The translations under genes and the position numbers were made by a program. This document shows positions 29,349-37,777 of a DNA stretch of 46,834 nucleotides, in pieces (position 1 is the stretch's first letter; each line of letters starts with the position of its first letter). Location: the IMG/VR virus record IMGVR_UViG_3300044296_000119, positions 1-46,834 of that record; one strand, written 5' to 3'. Under the pieces are notes generated by a model. The model did no database searches. It saw nothing but the letters and a program-made list of their open reading frames with translations, and was not told the origin of the DNA. This stretch comes from a virus (Duplodnaviria > Caudoviricetes).

Positions 29349-29720
29349 ATGCTTGCACCAGTCAAGAAACATTCGGACGAACGTGCCGAACATCTGCGCC
29401 GCCTCGCTGATCGCAAGGCACAGACGCAGCGCCTCACTGCCAAGCACAAGCTACGGTTTGTGCATGTCCGTCATCGTGATGACAACCTCGATAAGACACC
29501 GCACGCCGGGGCAACGATTGCCTATTCATTCCCCTCCCCAACTGGCGATCTGATTCGGGTGGGTGTGGCGTTGTGCCACAAGAATGATCGTTACTGCCGT
29601 GCCGATGGCCGCTTCAATGCTGCCCTGCACTTCGACATGGGTGACACCGTGTTGATCCGTGTTCCTAAGAACATGGTGCCGAGCGATCTGATTCAACGCA
29701 TGTTCTTCCACGTAGCGTAA
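29349..29720 (+). CDS. Hypothetical protein (paralogue of 31108-31458)
   Basis: AAGGAG RBS. Confidence 0.75.
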   Translation: MLAPVKKHSDERAEHLRRLADRKAQTQRLTAKHKLRFVHVRHRDDNLDKTPHAGATIAYSFPSPTGDLIRVGVALCHKNDRYCRADGRFNAALHFDMGDTVLIRVPKNMVPSDLIQRMFFHVA

Positions 29721-29729
29721 GGAGAAAGC

Positions 29730-30089
29730 ATGGTCGAGTTACCAGCAGGCACACCGACAGGTGCCGAACACAAACCGAAGGTGGTGTTCAGTGAGATGTA
29801 TCTCATCACCATCGACGGTGATCCTCTGATGTTTCATCAGGAGGAAGTCAGTCGTGTGATTGACTTGGTTCGCAAAGGTGAACACGTCAATGCAATCAAA
29901 GAGATTTGCGCTATTACTGGCACCAGTTTGGTGATGGCCAAGCACGCTGCCGATGCCATCAAGTATCAGATGGAGAAGCACGAAGAGATTGAGAAAGCAA
30001 TCAAAGCCCTCCGCAAACTGGTGGAGGACGAGGTGCCGAGCAAGGGGAGTGAGGCGGCAACATCGGACGGTGAAGTAAAAGCTGCGTAA
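29730..30089 (+). CDS. Protein with ribosomal L7/L12 C-terminal-like motif
   Basis: VNAIKEICAITGTSLVMAKHAAD; AAGGAG RBS. Confidence 0.6.
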   Translation: MVELPAGTPTGAEHKPKVVFSEMYLITIDGDPLMFHQEEVSRVIDLVRKGEHVNAIKEICAITGTSLVMAKHAADAIKYQMEKHEEIEKAIKALRKLVEDEVPSKGSEAATSDGEVKAA

Positions 30090-30146
30090 GGCAGAGGCGT
30101 TTCACTCCCACCCATTTGTAGTTTAACAACCAAGGAGAAAGACAGC

Positions 30147-30344
30147 ATGAAGAATATCGCAACCAAGATCGAAGGCAACATGCTCTGGCTAGGTATCGAC
30201 CTGACCCAGAAGCAAGGCCGCACCAAGGGTGACAAAGGCACGGTCATTGCAGCGACGGAAGGATTCCGTCAGGTGCCCGATGCACCCCGCATGAACATGA
30301 CGTTCATGCTCTACGAACGTGACGCGAAAGGAGCTGCGAAGTAA
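30147..30344 (+). CDS. Hypothetical protein
   Basis: AAGGAG RBS. Confidence 0.7.
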   Translation: MKNIATKIEGNMLWLGIDLTQKQGRTKGDKGTVIAATEGFRQVPDAPRMNMTFMLYERDAKGAAK

Positions 30345-30880
30345 TGACAACCGAAGTGGCTGTTCCTAAGAACGTTGTGCAATTGCTCAGAGATCATGTA
30401 TCTGTGCCGCAAAGCGAGCATTGCCAACTACCCAAGTATCGGATGCGTTGGTTGTTTGAACACCTGCTCCCTACCCTTGGACTGGGTAAGGTGGTGTGCA
30501 CTCCCGTCAACATCGACGGACGTGACTACTACCGTGTATCCATCAAGGTGCCGGGTCGCTCGATCAACGTGACGCTCACTCCGGTGGGTGCCTACTACCT
30601 AGGCATGGGGATATTCCAAGGGATGGCCAGCAATCCCAATGCTGACGGTGCAATCATCACCAACAGCGCCGACGATACGAAGATGGGTGACTTGATGGGC
30701 ACCGTCTTCGTTCCTCGTTGGGCGCTAGTTGAAACGCTCGACAACCTCACCTACATCTGCCGCAAGCATGAAGATCACATCAAGCTGGTGGTTCGTGAGA
30801 TTCACCGCCTCATGCAACCGCAGGTTGCAGAAGAGGCAGGCATCGAAGACGCAGAAGAGGAACAACCGACGCTGCATTAA
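30344..30880 (+). CDS. Hypothetical protein
   Basis: TAATG coupling. Confidence 0.7.
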   Translation: MTTEVAVPKNVVQLLRDHVSVPQSEHCQLPKYRMRWLFEHLLPTLGLGKVVCTPVNIDGRDYYRVSIKVPGRSINVTLTPVGAYYLGMGIFQGMASNPNADGAIITNSADDTKMGDLMGTVFVPRWALVETLDNLTYICRKHEDHIKLVVREIHRLMQPQVAEEAGIEDAEEEQPTLH

Positions 30881-30895
30881 CGAGGACAAACTCGT

Positions 30896-31210
30896 ATGAG
30901 TTACATCATCCATTCGCCAACACTTGGCCTCTACCTAGTCAGAGTCAGTGTGTGGACTGTGTTCCCGACTCGCAGGAAAGCGATGGCCACAGTGTTTGCG
31001 ACTAAGGGTGAGGCTCAAGCTGCATTGCAACAGACATTCAAGAGCACTGAGACTCGTGGAATGTTCGAGGTAAAACGACAAACACCTGATGTTACAGGGA
31101 GCAGGATATGTCGAACATCGACAACACGCAAGACCAAGCGCGCATCACATTCATCCACCTCAGACAACGCCACAACTCCATCGCATCGGAGAAAGGCGGC
31201 TACACGGTAG
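30896..31210 (+). CDS. Hypothetical protein
   Basis: GAGGA RBS, but overlaps the next gene by about 100 bp. Confidence 0.4.
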   Translation: MSYIIHSPTLGLYLVRVSVWTVFPTRRKAMATVFATKGEAQAALQQTFKSTETRGMFEVKRQTPDVTGSRICRTSTTRKTKRASHSSTSDNATTPSHRRKAATR

Positions 31211-31458
31211 CAGTAAGGGAGCGGGACAATGGATTGTTCTCCGTGTCCATCTGCCAATGCAACACCAACCAACGCTATGACGACAAGCTTGGTGAAAAGA
31301 TTGCAGCACAACGCATCAATCGTGGCCAATTCTTTGTGCAGAATAAAGACGAACTCGTGGCTACGTTGAACACACTCCATTCCAAACTGTGCACCGGCAC
31401 GGTGCCGAGGCTGGCACTCGATGGCCTGCCGTTTGATACGGAGAAACTCGCAGCTTAA
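31108..31458 (+). CDS. Hypothetical protein (paralogue of 29349-29720)
   Basis: GGGAG/AGGA RBS; shared F.H.R...G.T.A...C....Y....G...A pattern. Confidence 0.75.
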   Translation: MSNIDNTQDQARITFIHLRQRHNSIASEKGGYTVAVRERDNGLFSVSICQCNTNQRYDDKLGEKIAAQRINRGQFFVQNKDELVATLNTLHSKLCTGTVPRLALDGLPFDTEKLAA

Positions 31459-31467
31459 GGAGAGCGT

Positions 31468-31995
31468 ATGCATCCCGATGATGGGACTGTAGCGGCGGCA
31501 GCGGCAGTGGAACTAGCCGATGGCCACGCTCTGTATGACGCAGGTGTGGGATTCCTCGTTAGCAAAAAGACTGATGAGGACAGTTGGGCAAAGGTTGCCA
31601 ACTACGTGGGTTCATTGGCACAGAAGGAAGTGCCAGTGGACACCATTAGCAAGGTGTTCAAGGCAGTCGAAGCGCAGTTGAAGAAGGACTTCGGTGTTAC
31701 GTCTATGCCTACGGCATGGCGCACTGCCAAGGCCACTGCCTTCGGCGCTCTTGAGAAGGGTGTGCCCTTGCTGGCTGATGGTGCAGCCCGTCCTAAGACG
31801 GAAGTGAGTAAGCAATTGAAGGGTGCACCAACACCCACGTCAAAGCATGAGCAGTGCTTGAACGCTTTGGCGAGAGCTTCCTATCTCATCAATGAACTGG
31901 CCGCAGAGAAACTACTGGACAGGTCTGAGTGGGAAACGTTGGCGTCGATGCACAACCTAGTGAACGAATCAATGGCCAAGTTAAGGTGGGCGTGA
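31468..31995 (+). CDS. Hypothetical protein (paralogue of 27626-28114)
   Basis: AAGGAG RBS. Confidence 0.75.
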   Translation: MHPDDGTVAAAAAVELADGHALYDAGVGFLVSKKTDEDSWAKVANYVGSLAQKEVPVDTISKVFKAVEAQLKKDFGVTSMPTAWRTAKATAFGALEKGVPLLADGAARPKTEVSKQLKGAPTPTSKHEQCLNALARASYLINELAAEKLLDRSEWETLASMHNLVNESMAKLRWA

Positions 31996-33803
31996 TGCTG
32001 AACATGTTCGAGATGCAACGCTACATCGCAGCGACTGCGAAGCGTGCCGATCTGAAGGTGGTGTGGGAGGAGGTGAACATGCCTCGCACAGATCGCAACA
32101 CCATGTATCTACCCAAGATCAGGGCGCGCACCACGCTCGAAGAGTATCAGATGCTACGCCATGCAGTGACGCATGAGGTAGACCATCAGTTGTTCTCCGA
32201 CTTCAAGCTGCTGAACGAGAAGAAAGTGGGTGCAACCAACTCACTGCTCGGCCTGATTTGGAACATGCTGGAAGACCATCGCATCGAGTTCCTAGGAACA
32301 TTGGACTACGAAGGTGATCGCCTCTGTTCCAACGATGTGTATGTCCGGTTGGTAAGCCAGCTCCTGTCTGCTCCGATTGCGAAGAGTGAGATGGCTGTGC
32401 CTGTCATGCCGCTCTATGCATGGCTCAACCCTATAACTGCGGACTTCTATCCGAACGCACACTCAGTCCAAACCAAGATCGAGGCGACAGTCCCGAAAGA
32501 GGGACAAGTGTATCTCGACAAGCTACAGGCTGGTGACTATGCAGAGGTGTTGCGTGACATACGCACCATCGACAACCGTAAGGCAGGCACCAAGGCCACG
32601 TTCGATTTGGCTTGCCGCATCTTCGAGGAAGTGTTCGAGCAGAACGCAGAGGATGAAGTGAAGCGTTGCCAAGAAGAAGCTAAAAACAAGGGCAAGAAAG
32701 GTAAAGGTGGTTCGCCTTCAAAGGATGGTGAGCTGGGTGATGGTGGCGGCAAAGAACAGGGTGAAGACGGTGGGGGTAAAGAGGGCGAGCAGGAAGGCAA
32801 GGCCAAGGGTAGTAAGAAGGGTGATGGCAAGCCCGATGGTGATGCCGAAGGCAAACAGAAAATATTTGCTAACAACTACAAAGACCTTGTGGTTGACGCA
32901 CACGAACCTACTGGTTTGCACAGCGAGGGAATGGAGATCGACTATGGGAAGTATTCCATGCATGGCGACTACACTCCCCCTCCCGCCTCTGAGTTCAAGG
33001 AGATAGACCTCACGAACAGGGCGTTGTCTACCAATGATTACTCACACTCCATCGGTGAGGCTTTGGCTGAAACGTCCCCTGCCTTTGCTCACAAAGTCAG
33101 ATCAATCCTTCAGATCAGGGCACGGGACAACTACCAGTATGGCACCAAGCAAGGCAAGCTCCATCAAGGTGCACTGCATAAGCTGTGTGTGAAGAACGCA
33201 CCGGCTGGCTATCAACAACGTGTGTTCAAGAAACGTCAGGTTAATGACGTGCTTGATGCAGCAATCACATTGCTTGTCGATTCATCTGGCTCGATGAACG
33301 GTAGCAAGTATGACCATGCGTCTGCTGCTGCCATCATGATGAGCGAGGTGATGGGCAATCAGTTGCACGTTCCCGTTGAAATCATCGGGTTCACTGACCG
33401 TGGTGCACCCACCATGCTGGTGCATCGTAAGTTCAGCGACAAGCTGGTGCAGAAGGATGACCTGCTCAAACGCTTTGGCTATGGCGGTGACATGCTGTGC
33501 CATAACGGTGATGGTGATGCCGTGATGTTTGCGTTTGACCGTCTGATGAAACGCAAGGAGAAGAAGAAGCTGTTGCTTGTGTTCAGTGATGGCCAGCCTG
33601 CTGGTTGGAGTGGATACGGCGATGGTGTGTGGCATCTGAAGCACGTCGTCAACAAGATTGAAACGGAGAGTCCGGTTGACATCATGGGCATCGGACTTGA
33701 GAGCGATTCAGTCAGGATGTTTTACAAGCAGAACTGCGTGATTAACAACGCCGACCAGATCGAAGAAGCGTTGCTGACAATCATCGAAGATAAGTTGCAG
33801 TAA
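31995..33803 (+). CDS. CobT-like vWA-domain protein with HExxH motif
   Basis: HEVDH and NMLED.RIE, G/E/K-rich linker, DSSGSM MIDAS, SDGQP; ATG 31995 preferred over 31929. Confidence 0.8.
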   Translation: MLNMFEMQRYIAATAKRADLKVVWEEVNMPRTDRNTMYLPKIRARTTLEEYQMLRHAVTHEVDHQLFSDFKLLNEKKVGATNSLLGLIWNMLEDHRIEFLGTLDYEGDRLCSNDVYVRLVSQLLSAPIAKSEMAVPVMPLYAWLNPITADFYPNAHSVQTKIEATVPKEGQVYLDKLQAGDYAEVLRDIRTIDNRKAGTKATFDLACRIFEEVFEQNAEDEVKRCQEEAKNKGKKGKGGSPSKDGELGDGGGKEQGEDGGGKEGEQEGKAKGSKKGDGKPDGDAEGKQKIFANNYKDLVVDAHEPTGLHSEGMEIDYGKYSMHGDYTPPPASEFKEIDLTNRALSTNDYSHSIGEALAETSPAFAHKVRSILQIRARDNYQYGTKQGKLHQGALHKLCVKNAPAGYQQRVFKKRQVNDVLDAAITLLVDSSGSMNGSKYDHASAAAIMMSEVMGNQLHVPVEIIGFTDRGAPTMLVHRKFSDKLVQKDDLLKRFGYGGDMLCHNGDGDAVMFAFDRLMKRKEKKKLLLVFSDGQPAGWSGYGDGVWHLKHVVNKIETESPVDIMGIGLESDSVRMFYKQNCVINNADQIEEALLTIIEDKLQ

Positions 33804-33838
33804 ATCATGTTCCTAGGAACACACAACAAGAGGACAGT

Positions 33839-34951
33839 ATGACTACAGCAGGAAGCCCTTTGGATATGAAAGTTAAAGAAGCCCTTCGCCAGCAACTCAT
33901 GGCTCGTAACGCAGCCCTCGAAGCCAATGCCAAGGAAGCAGCAGCCGCTGCACCTGCGGCTGAAGAAGAGAAGGAAGTGGAGGTAGTGTGCGGTGCCAAT
34001 CAGGTGCTGTTCAGTTCCCTCATTCCCGATGGCAAGCGTGCATTGAAGAAGCGCAAGCTCATCGACTTCGCCGTTACCGTATTCAAACCGGAGGATGCAC
34101 CGGCACAGATTCGTGCCTTCATCCCGACGGTTGACTCGTGCTATAACATCCAGATCGAGCAAGCACACTCGTTGCTGTTCGGTTGGGAACTGGGTGAGAA
34201 GGTTCTTATCACCGGCCCGACGGGTTCAGGCAAGTCGTCACTGGTGCAGTATGCCTGTGCCGTGACTGGTCGTCCGTTCATTCGTATCAACATGACCGGC
34301 GACATGGAGTCGTCCACTCTCATGGGTTCGCTAATCGTTGAGAGTGGTGCCACCATCTGGAAGGATGGCCCTGTCACTGAAGCGTGCCGCTACGGTGCGG
34401 TGTGTCTGATTGACGAGTGGGATGTGACGCCTCCCGAAATCCTGTTCTCGATGCAGTGGCTGTTCGAGGAAGACGGCAAGCTCCTGCTCAAAGAGATGCC
34501 GGGTGACTCGGCGTCCAAGTTCATCACTCCTGATGCCAACTTCCGGTTGGTTTGCGGTGGTAACACCGTCGGTCAAGGTGATGATACTGGCCGTTACTCC
34601 GGCACCAACGTGCAGAACAATGCGTCGATTGACCGTTTCCAAACGACAATCAAGCTCGACTACCTTGAGCAAGCGCATGAAGTGAAGCTGATCTATGCCA
34701 AGTATCCGAAGCTGAAGGCTGGCATTGCGGAGAAGATGGTGAGCTTCGCCAATCTGGTGCGGACTGCGTGCCAACAGAACAACATCAACCTCACCATGTC
34801 ACCTCGCACTCTCCTTAGCTGGAGCAAGAAGTCGGTGGCGTTCAACAATGTGAGCTATGCATTGCAGCTTGCGTTCATGAACAAGCTTCGTGACTCCGAC
34901 CGCAAGGTGGTGGCTGAGTTCTACAAGAAGGTGTTCGGAGCATCCATCTAA
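33839..34951 (+). CDS. CobS/MoxR-like AAA+ ATPase
   Basis: GPTGSGKS, LIDEWD, NT.G.GD..G.Y.GT, DRF, SPR motifs. Confidence 0.85.
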   Translation: MTTAGSPLDMKVKEALRQQLMARNAALEANAKEAAAAAPAAEEEKEVEVVCGANQVLFSSLIPDGKRALKKRKLIDFAVTVFKPEDAPAQIRAFIPTVDSCYNIQIEQAHSLLFGWELGEKVLITGPTGSGKSSLVQYACAVTGRPFIRINMTGDMESSTLMGSLIVESGATIWKDGPVTEACRYGAVCLIDEWDVTPPEILFSMQWLFEEDGKLLLKEMPGDSASKFITPDANFRLVCGGNTVGQGDDTGRYSGTNVQNNASIDRFQTTIKLDYLEQAHEVKLIYAKYPKLKAGIAEKMVSFANLVRTACQQNNINLTMSPRTLLSWSKKSVAFNNVSYALQLAFMNKLRDSDRKVVAEFYKKVFGASI

Positions 34952-35157
34952 TGACACCCACTGAACAAGCCACTGCCCTTGACAGGGCACTCAACATGAT
35001 TAACCACGCCAAGTTTTACATTGGCCTCGGTGAACATGCATCTGCTGCTGCACTCTCTGCCGAAGCTGGCAAGAAGTGTGATTCAGTAGCGCAGTTCAAC
35101 TTCGACAGATCGCAACCTGACACTGCGGTTGCTGCCGATGTTCCTAAGCCCGCATGA
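34951..35157 (+). CDS. Hypothetical protein
   Basis: TAATG coupling. Confidence 0.6.
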   Translation: MTPTEQATALDRALNMINHAKFYIGLGEHASAAALSAEAGKKCDSVAQFNFDRSQPDTAVAADVPKPA

Positions 35158-35362
35158 ACTTGCGGAACTTACTGGTGTAGAGAAGAAGAAGCCACTGCAA
35201 ATAGAGTGGCTGAAGAATAACAACTTCCCCTACACCATCAAGCACACGGGGGAAATCAATGTGCTGCGTGCTCTCGTTGAACAGAGACACGGGATGTCAT
35301 CGGCTGTTCCTAAGAACACCGATGCTCCCAACCTTGGTGCCTTTCCCAAACGGAGAAACTGA
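35138..35362 (+). CDS. Excisionase-like protein (DUF4224 type)
   Basis: MFLS..EL.ELTG......Q..WL......Y.....G...V and PNL tail; upstream of the integrase. Confidence 0.75.
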   Translation: MFLSPHELAELTGVEKKKPLQIEWLKNNNFPYTIKHTGEINVLRALVEQRHGMSSAVPKNTDAPNLGAFPKRRN

Positions 35363-35526
35363 TGGCTAAGTGGTTGTGTAAAGAGTTCGATGAAGAGTTT
35401 GTTATTGAGGCAGCGACTCAAGCAGAGGCTGCTGTTGCTGCTCGGATATATGGCGGCAGGGTGATTGGTGAAGTAAAGGATGACGATGGGCAAGAGAGCA
35501 CCGCTGAGTTCTCAACATCCCGCTGA
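35362..35526 (+). CDS. Hypothetical protein (54 aa)
   Basis: GGAG RBS, TGATG coupling; absent from the ORF track. Confidence 0.5.
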   Translation: MAKWLCKEFDEEFVIEAATQAEAAVAARIYGGRVIGEVKDDDGQESTAEFSTSR

Positions 35527-36490
35527 GCGGGTCTACTGGAAGAACGGTGCATTCCACTACGTTGACAAGAGCAACAAGTGGCACCGCTTAGGTGAGCACT
35601 GGGACAGGGGTGCACGAGAGAAATGGGCTTCCCTCTCCACCCTTGCTCCCGGTGCAGGCACTGTTGCCCAGATGTTGGACAACTACCTCGACTACCTCCG
35701 TGCTGAGAAAGCACGGGGTGCAATGAGTGCACGTCACGTTGAAGATAGAGAGCGTGACGCTGCCATGCTGAACAGAATGTTCGGCAAGATGGACAAGCTG
35801 AAGGTGCGACGTGAACATGTCGCCCTATATCTAAAGAACAGGACGGACAAAGATGGCAACCATGCGCCAGTCAGGGCCAACAGAGAAGTGAGTTTACTAA
35901 GTGCTGCCTTCAATCGGGACGTCACTGTTGACGTCAATCCCTGTCTCGGCGTTCCTAGGAACAAAGAACATGGAAGAGAGCGTTACGTCGAAGGGTGGGA
36001 GCTGCGAAGGTTTGCCAAGCGATGCTGTCCCCCTTGGCTCCGTGGATATATTCTCATCAAATACCTCACCGGGTTACGTATGGCTGACATGCTTAGGCTG
36101 CACGATCCGGCTGAAGGTGAGCGAGGACTTGTCGTCCGAATCGGTAAGAGTAGAAAGCGTAAGGTTTTGGAATTCAGATGGACATGGGCGTTACGAACCG
36201 CAGTTGGATTCGTTCGTAATGTTAGGCACGGACAAGCTGGCGGAGTTGCACCAGACCTACGACCACTCTTCGGGATTACCCCATCGGGCCTTAAAAGTGC
36301 ATGGCGTAGAGCCTGCGCCAAGTGGGCCGCACAGGGGAATACTCCGTTCTGGGAGCATGACATTCGAGGCAAAACCGGAAGCGACTCTAAGACACTCACC
36401 GATGCACAGCATCGACTGGGACACGATAGGTCTACTACCACCGCTCGGCATTACCGACGAGGTGTTAGTAAAGTCGATAGCCTCAGATAA
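35480..36490 (+). CDS. int: Tyrosine integrase
   Basis: TGLR.ADML, HDIR, LGH and HY catalytic residues. Confidence 0.9.
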   Translation: MTMGKRAPLSSQHPAERVYWKNGAFHYVDKSNKWHRLGEHWDRGAREKWASLSTLAPGAGTVAQMLDNYLDYLRAEKARGAMSARHVEDRERDAAMLNRMFGKMDKLKVRREHVALYLKNRTDKDGNHAPVRANREVSLLSAAFNRDVTVDVNPCLGVPRNKEHGRERYVEGWELRRFAKRCCPPWLRGYILIKYLTGLRMADMLRLHDPAEGERGLVVRIGKSRKRKVLEFRWTWALRTAVGFVRNVRHGQAGGVAPDLRPLFGITPSGLKSAWRRACAKWAAQGNTPFWEHDIRGKTGSDSKTLTDAQHRLGHDRSTTTARHYRRGVSKVDSLR

Positions 36491-36508
36491 GTCGAAAGAG
36501 GTGGCGAA

Positions 36509-36625
36509 ATGAGCGATTCAGGAATGTTTGCAGCAGTAGCGATTGTGATGTTTTCACTCGGGCATGTATGGGGCGGCATAACCGCTCTGGGGCTTTGCCT
36601 TTTTTCGGGATGGTTTGGGAAATGA
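36509..36625 (+). CDS. Small hydrophobic protein (38 aa)
   Basis: GAGGT RBS, ATGA coupling to the next gene. Confidence 0.45.
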   Translation: MSDSGMFAAVAIVMFSLGHVWGGITALGLCLFSGWFGK

Positions 36626-37146
36626 GCACGCCGAGGACGGATGCCGCATACAGGGCACACGGATATGACGGACATATCACTGTTCTAGGTTTGTGCCGCC
36701 AACTCGAAACCGAACTCAGCGCCGCAGAAAAAGCAAGGGATTTTGAGCATTGTCGTGCCGACACCAATGAATATAAGTTAGACATGGCATCAGCCGAGCG
36801 GGATGCGCTGAAGGCGGAGCTTGCGGAAGCGAACAAACGCCTTAGTTACGTTGACAAACTGCCAGAGCTTAATGAAGCAAAAGCTTCCGCTGAAGTTGTT
36901 GTTGGCATCCGCAACGGCGATTTGAAGCGCGCATTAGCTGGATTCGATGCCTACAAGACACACGCATTTAGGCTTGGCGAACGCGCCGAGCAAGCCGAAG
37001 CCGAGTCCGCCGCGCTGCGGGAGGCGCTTTACAGAATCAATACCGTGGCTGTTGCGCTTCCAACATTTCAAGTTATCCATGAAGGCGGCGAGGAGGCTGT
37101 CGTCAAAAACATCATTGAAGCAATCGACAAAGCGAGGCGCGCATGA
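36622..37146 (+). CDS. Coiled-coil hypothetical protein
   Basis: MSTPRTDA start, heptad-like LE.EL/AERDALKAEL. Confidence 0.7.
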   Translation: MSTPRTDAAYRAHGYDGHITVLGLCRQLETELSAAEKARDFEHCRADTNEYKLDMASAERDALKAELAEANKRLSYVDKLPELNEAKASAEVVVGIRNGDLKRALAGFDAYKTHAFRLGERAEQAEAESAALREALYRINTVAVALPTFQVIHEGGEEAVVKNIIEAIDKARRA

Positions 37147-37319
37147 AGCGGTTACTGTTTTGGGCTTTTATCTTCCCCGTATATACCGTTCCGACGATTT
37201 TCATAGCGATGGCTCTAAATTTCGTTGATGTGTGGGGACTCGTTCTATGGGGAAGTTTGGTAACGGCTTTCGGGGTATGGTTTATGGAAAGCAAACAAGA
37301 TGTGGAGGGGCGCGCATAA
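37143..37319 (+). CDS. Small membrane protein (58 aa)
   Basis: GAGG RBS, ATGA coupling, two hydrophobic segments. Confidence 0.5.
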   Translation: MKRLLFWAFIFPVYTVPTIFIAMALNFVDVWGLVLWGSLVTAFGVWFMESKQDVEGRA

Positions 37320-37320
37320 G

Positions 37321-37480
37321 TGTTAGACACCTACTCTGTTTGTTAGACAGGTAGGTGGCCGACACTACGTAAGTTGTTGATTGTTGGCGGAGTGGACGGG
37401 ACTCGAACCCGCGACCCCCGGCGTGACAGTCCGAGCGTTTGTCCTTTGTTCCTAGGAACTTACGTCCATTCTGTCTAACA
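37321..37480. mobile_element. attP region with tRNA-Asp 3'-half core (37385-37429, minus strand)
   Basis: Reverse complement CTGTCACGCCGGGGGTCGCGGGTTCGAGTCCCGTCCACTCCGCCA; TGTTAGACA at 37321 and 37341 and inverted at 37472; IHF consensus AATCAACAACTTA at 37370-37382. Confidence 0.85.
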
Positions 37481-37534
37481 GAATGTTACGACATCCAGCT
37501 AGAAACGTCAATTACTTAGAAAGGCGCATTAGAC

Positions 37535-37699
37535 ATGAACTACGTTGAAGAAGCTCTGCTTGAATACTTCGGCCCGCGTTGCCGTGACTACGTTGTAGGG
37601 TGCTGCGTGTGTGCAGCGTATAAACAGTATGACGCATTGGTGAAACGCGGTAAGAAAGCACCGGCAAAGAAACGCAAGTCTGCTCGCAAGAAAAAATGA
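37535..37699 (+). CDS. Small Cys-rich protein with basic tail (54 aa)
   Basis: MNYVEEALLEYFGPRC...GCCVC...; absent from the ORF track. Confidence 0.5.
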   Translation: MNYVEEALLEYFGPRCRDYVVGCCVCAAYKQYDALVKRGKKAPAKKRKSARKKK

Positions 37700-37703
37700 C
37701 ATT

Positions 37704-37730
37704 GAACTTTTTGCAGGTTTCGTTGTCCAA
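37704..37730 (+). promoter_or_regulatory. SigmaE-type promoter upstream of the replication genes
   Basis: GAACTT-16 nt-TCCAA, 47 bp before the primase start. Confidence 0.6.
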
Positions 37731-37777
37731 CAACCACCTGCCGAGAACTACAACTACAACGCAGCAGGGAGCATCCT

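Noticed and set aside
37385-37429. Functional tRNA-Asp gene
   Set aside because: Only the 3' half is present, consistent with an att core
37456-37478. Fourth sigmaE promoter (GAACTT...TCTAA)
   Set aside because: Spacer is only 12 nt; the elements belong to a palindrome copy and an arm-type repeat
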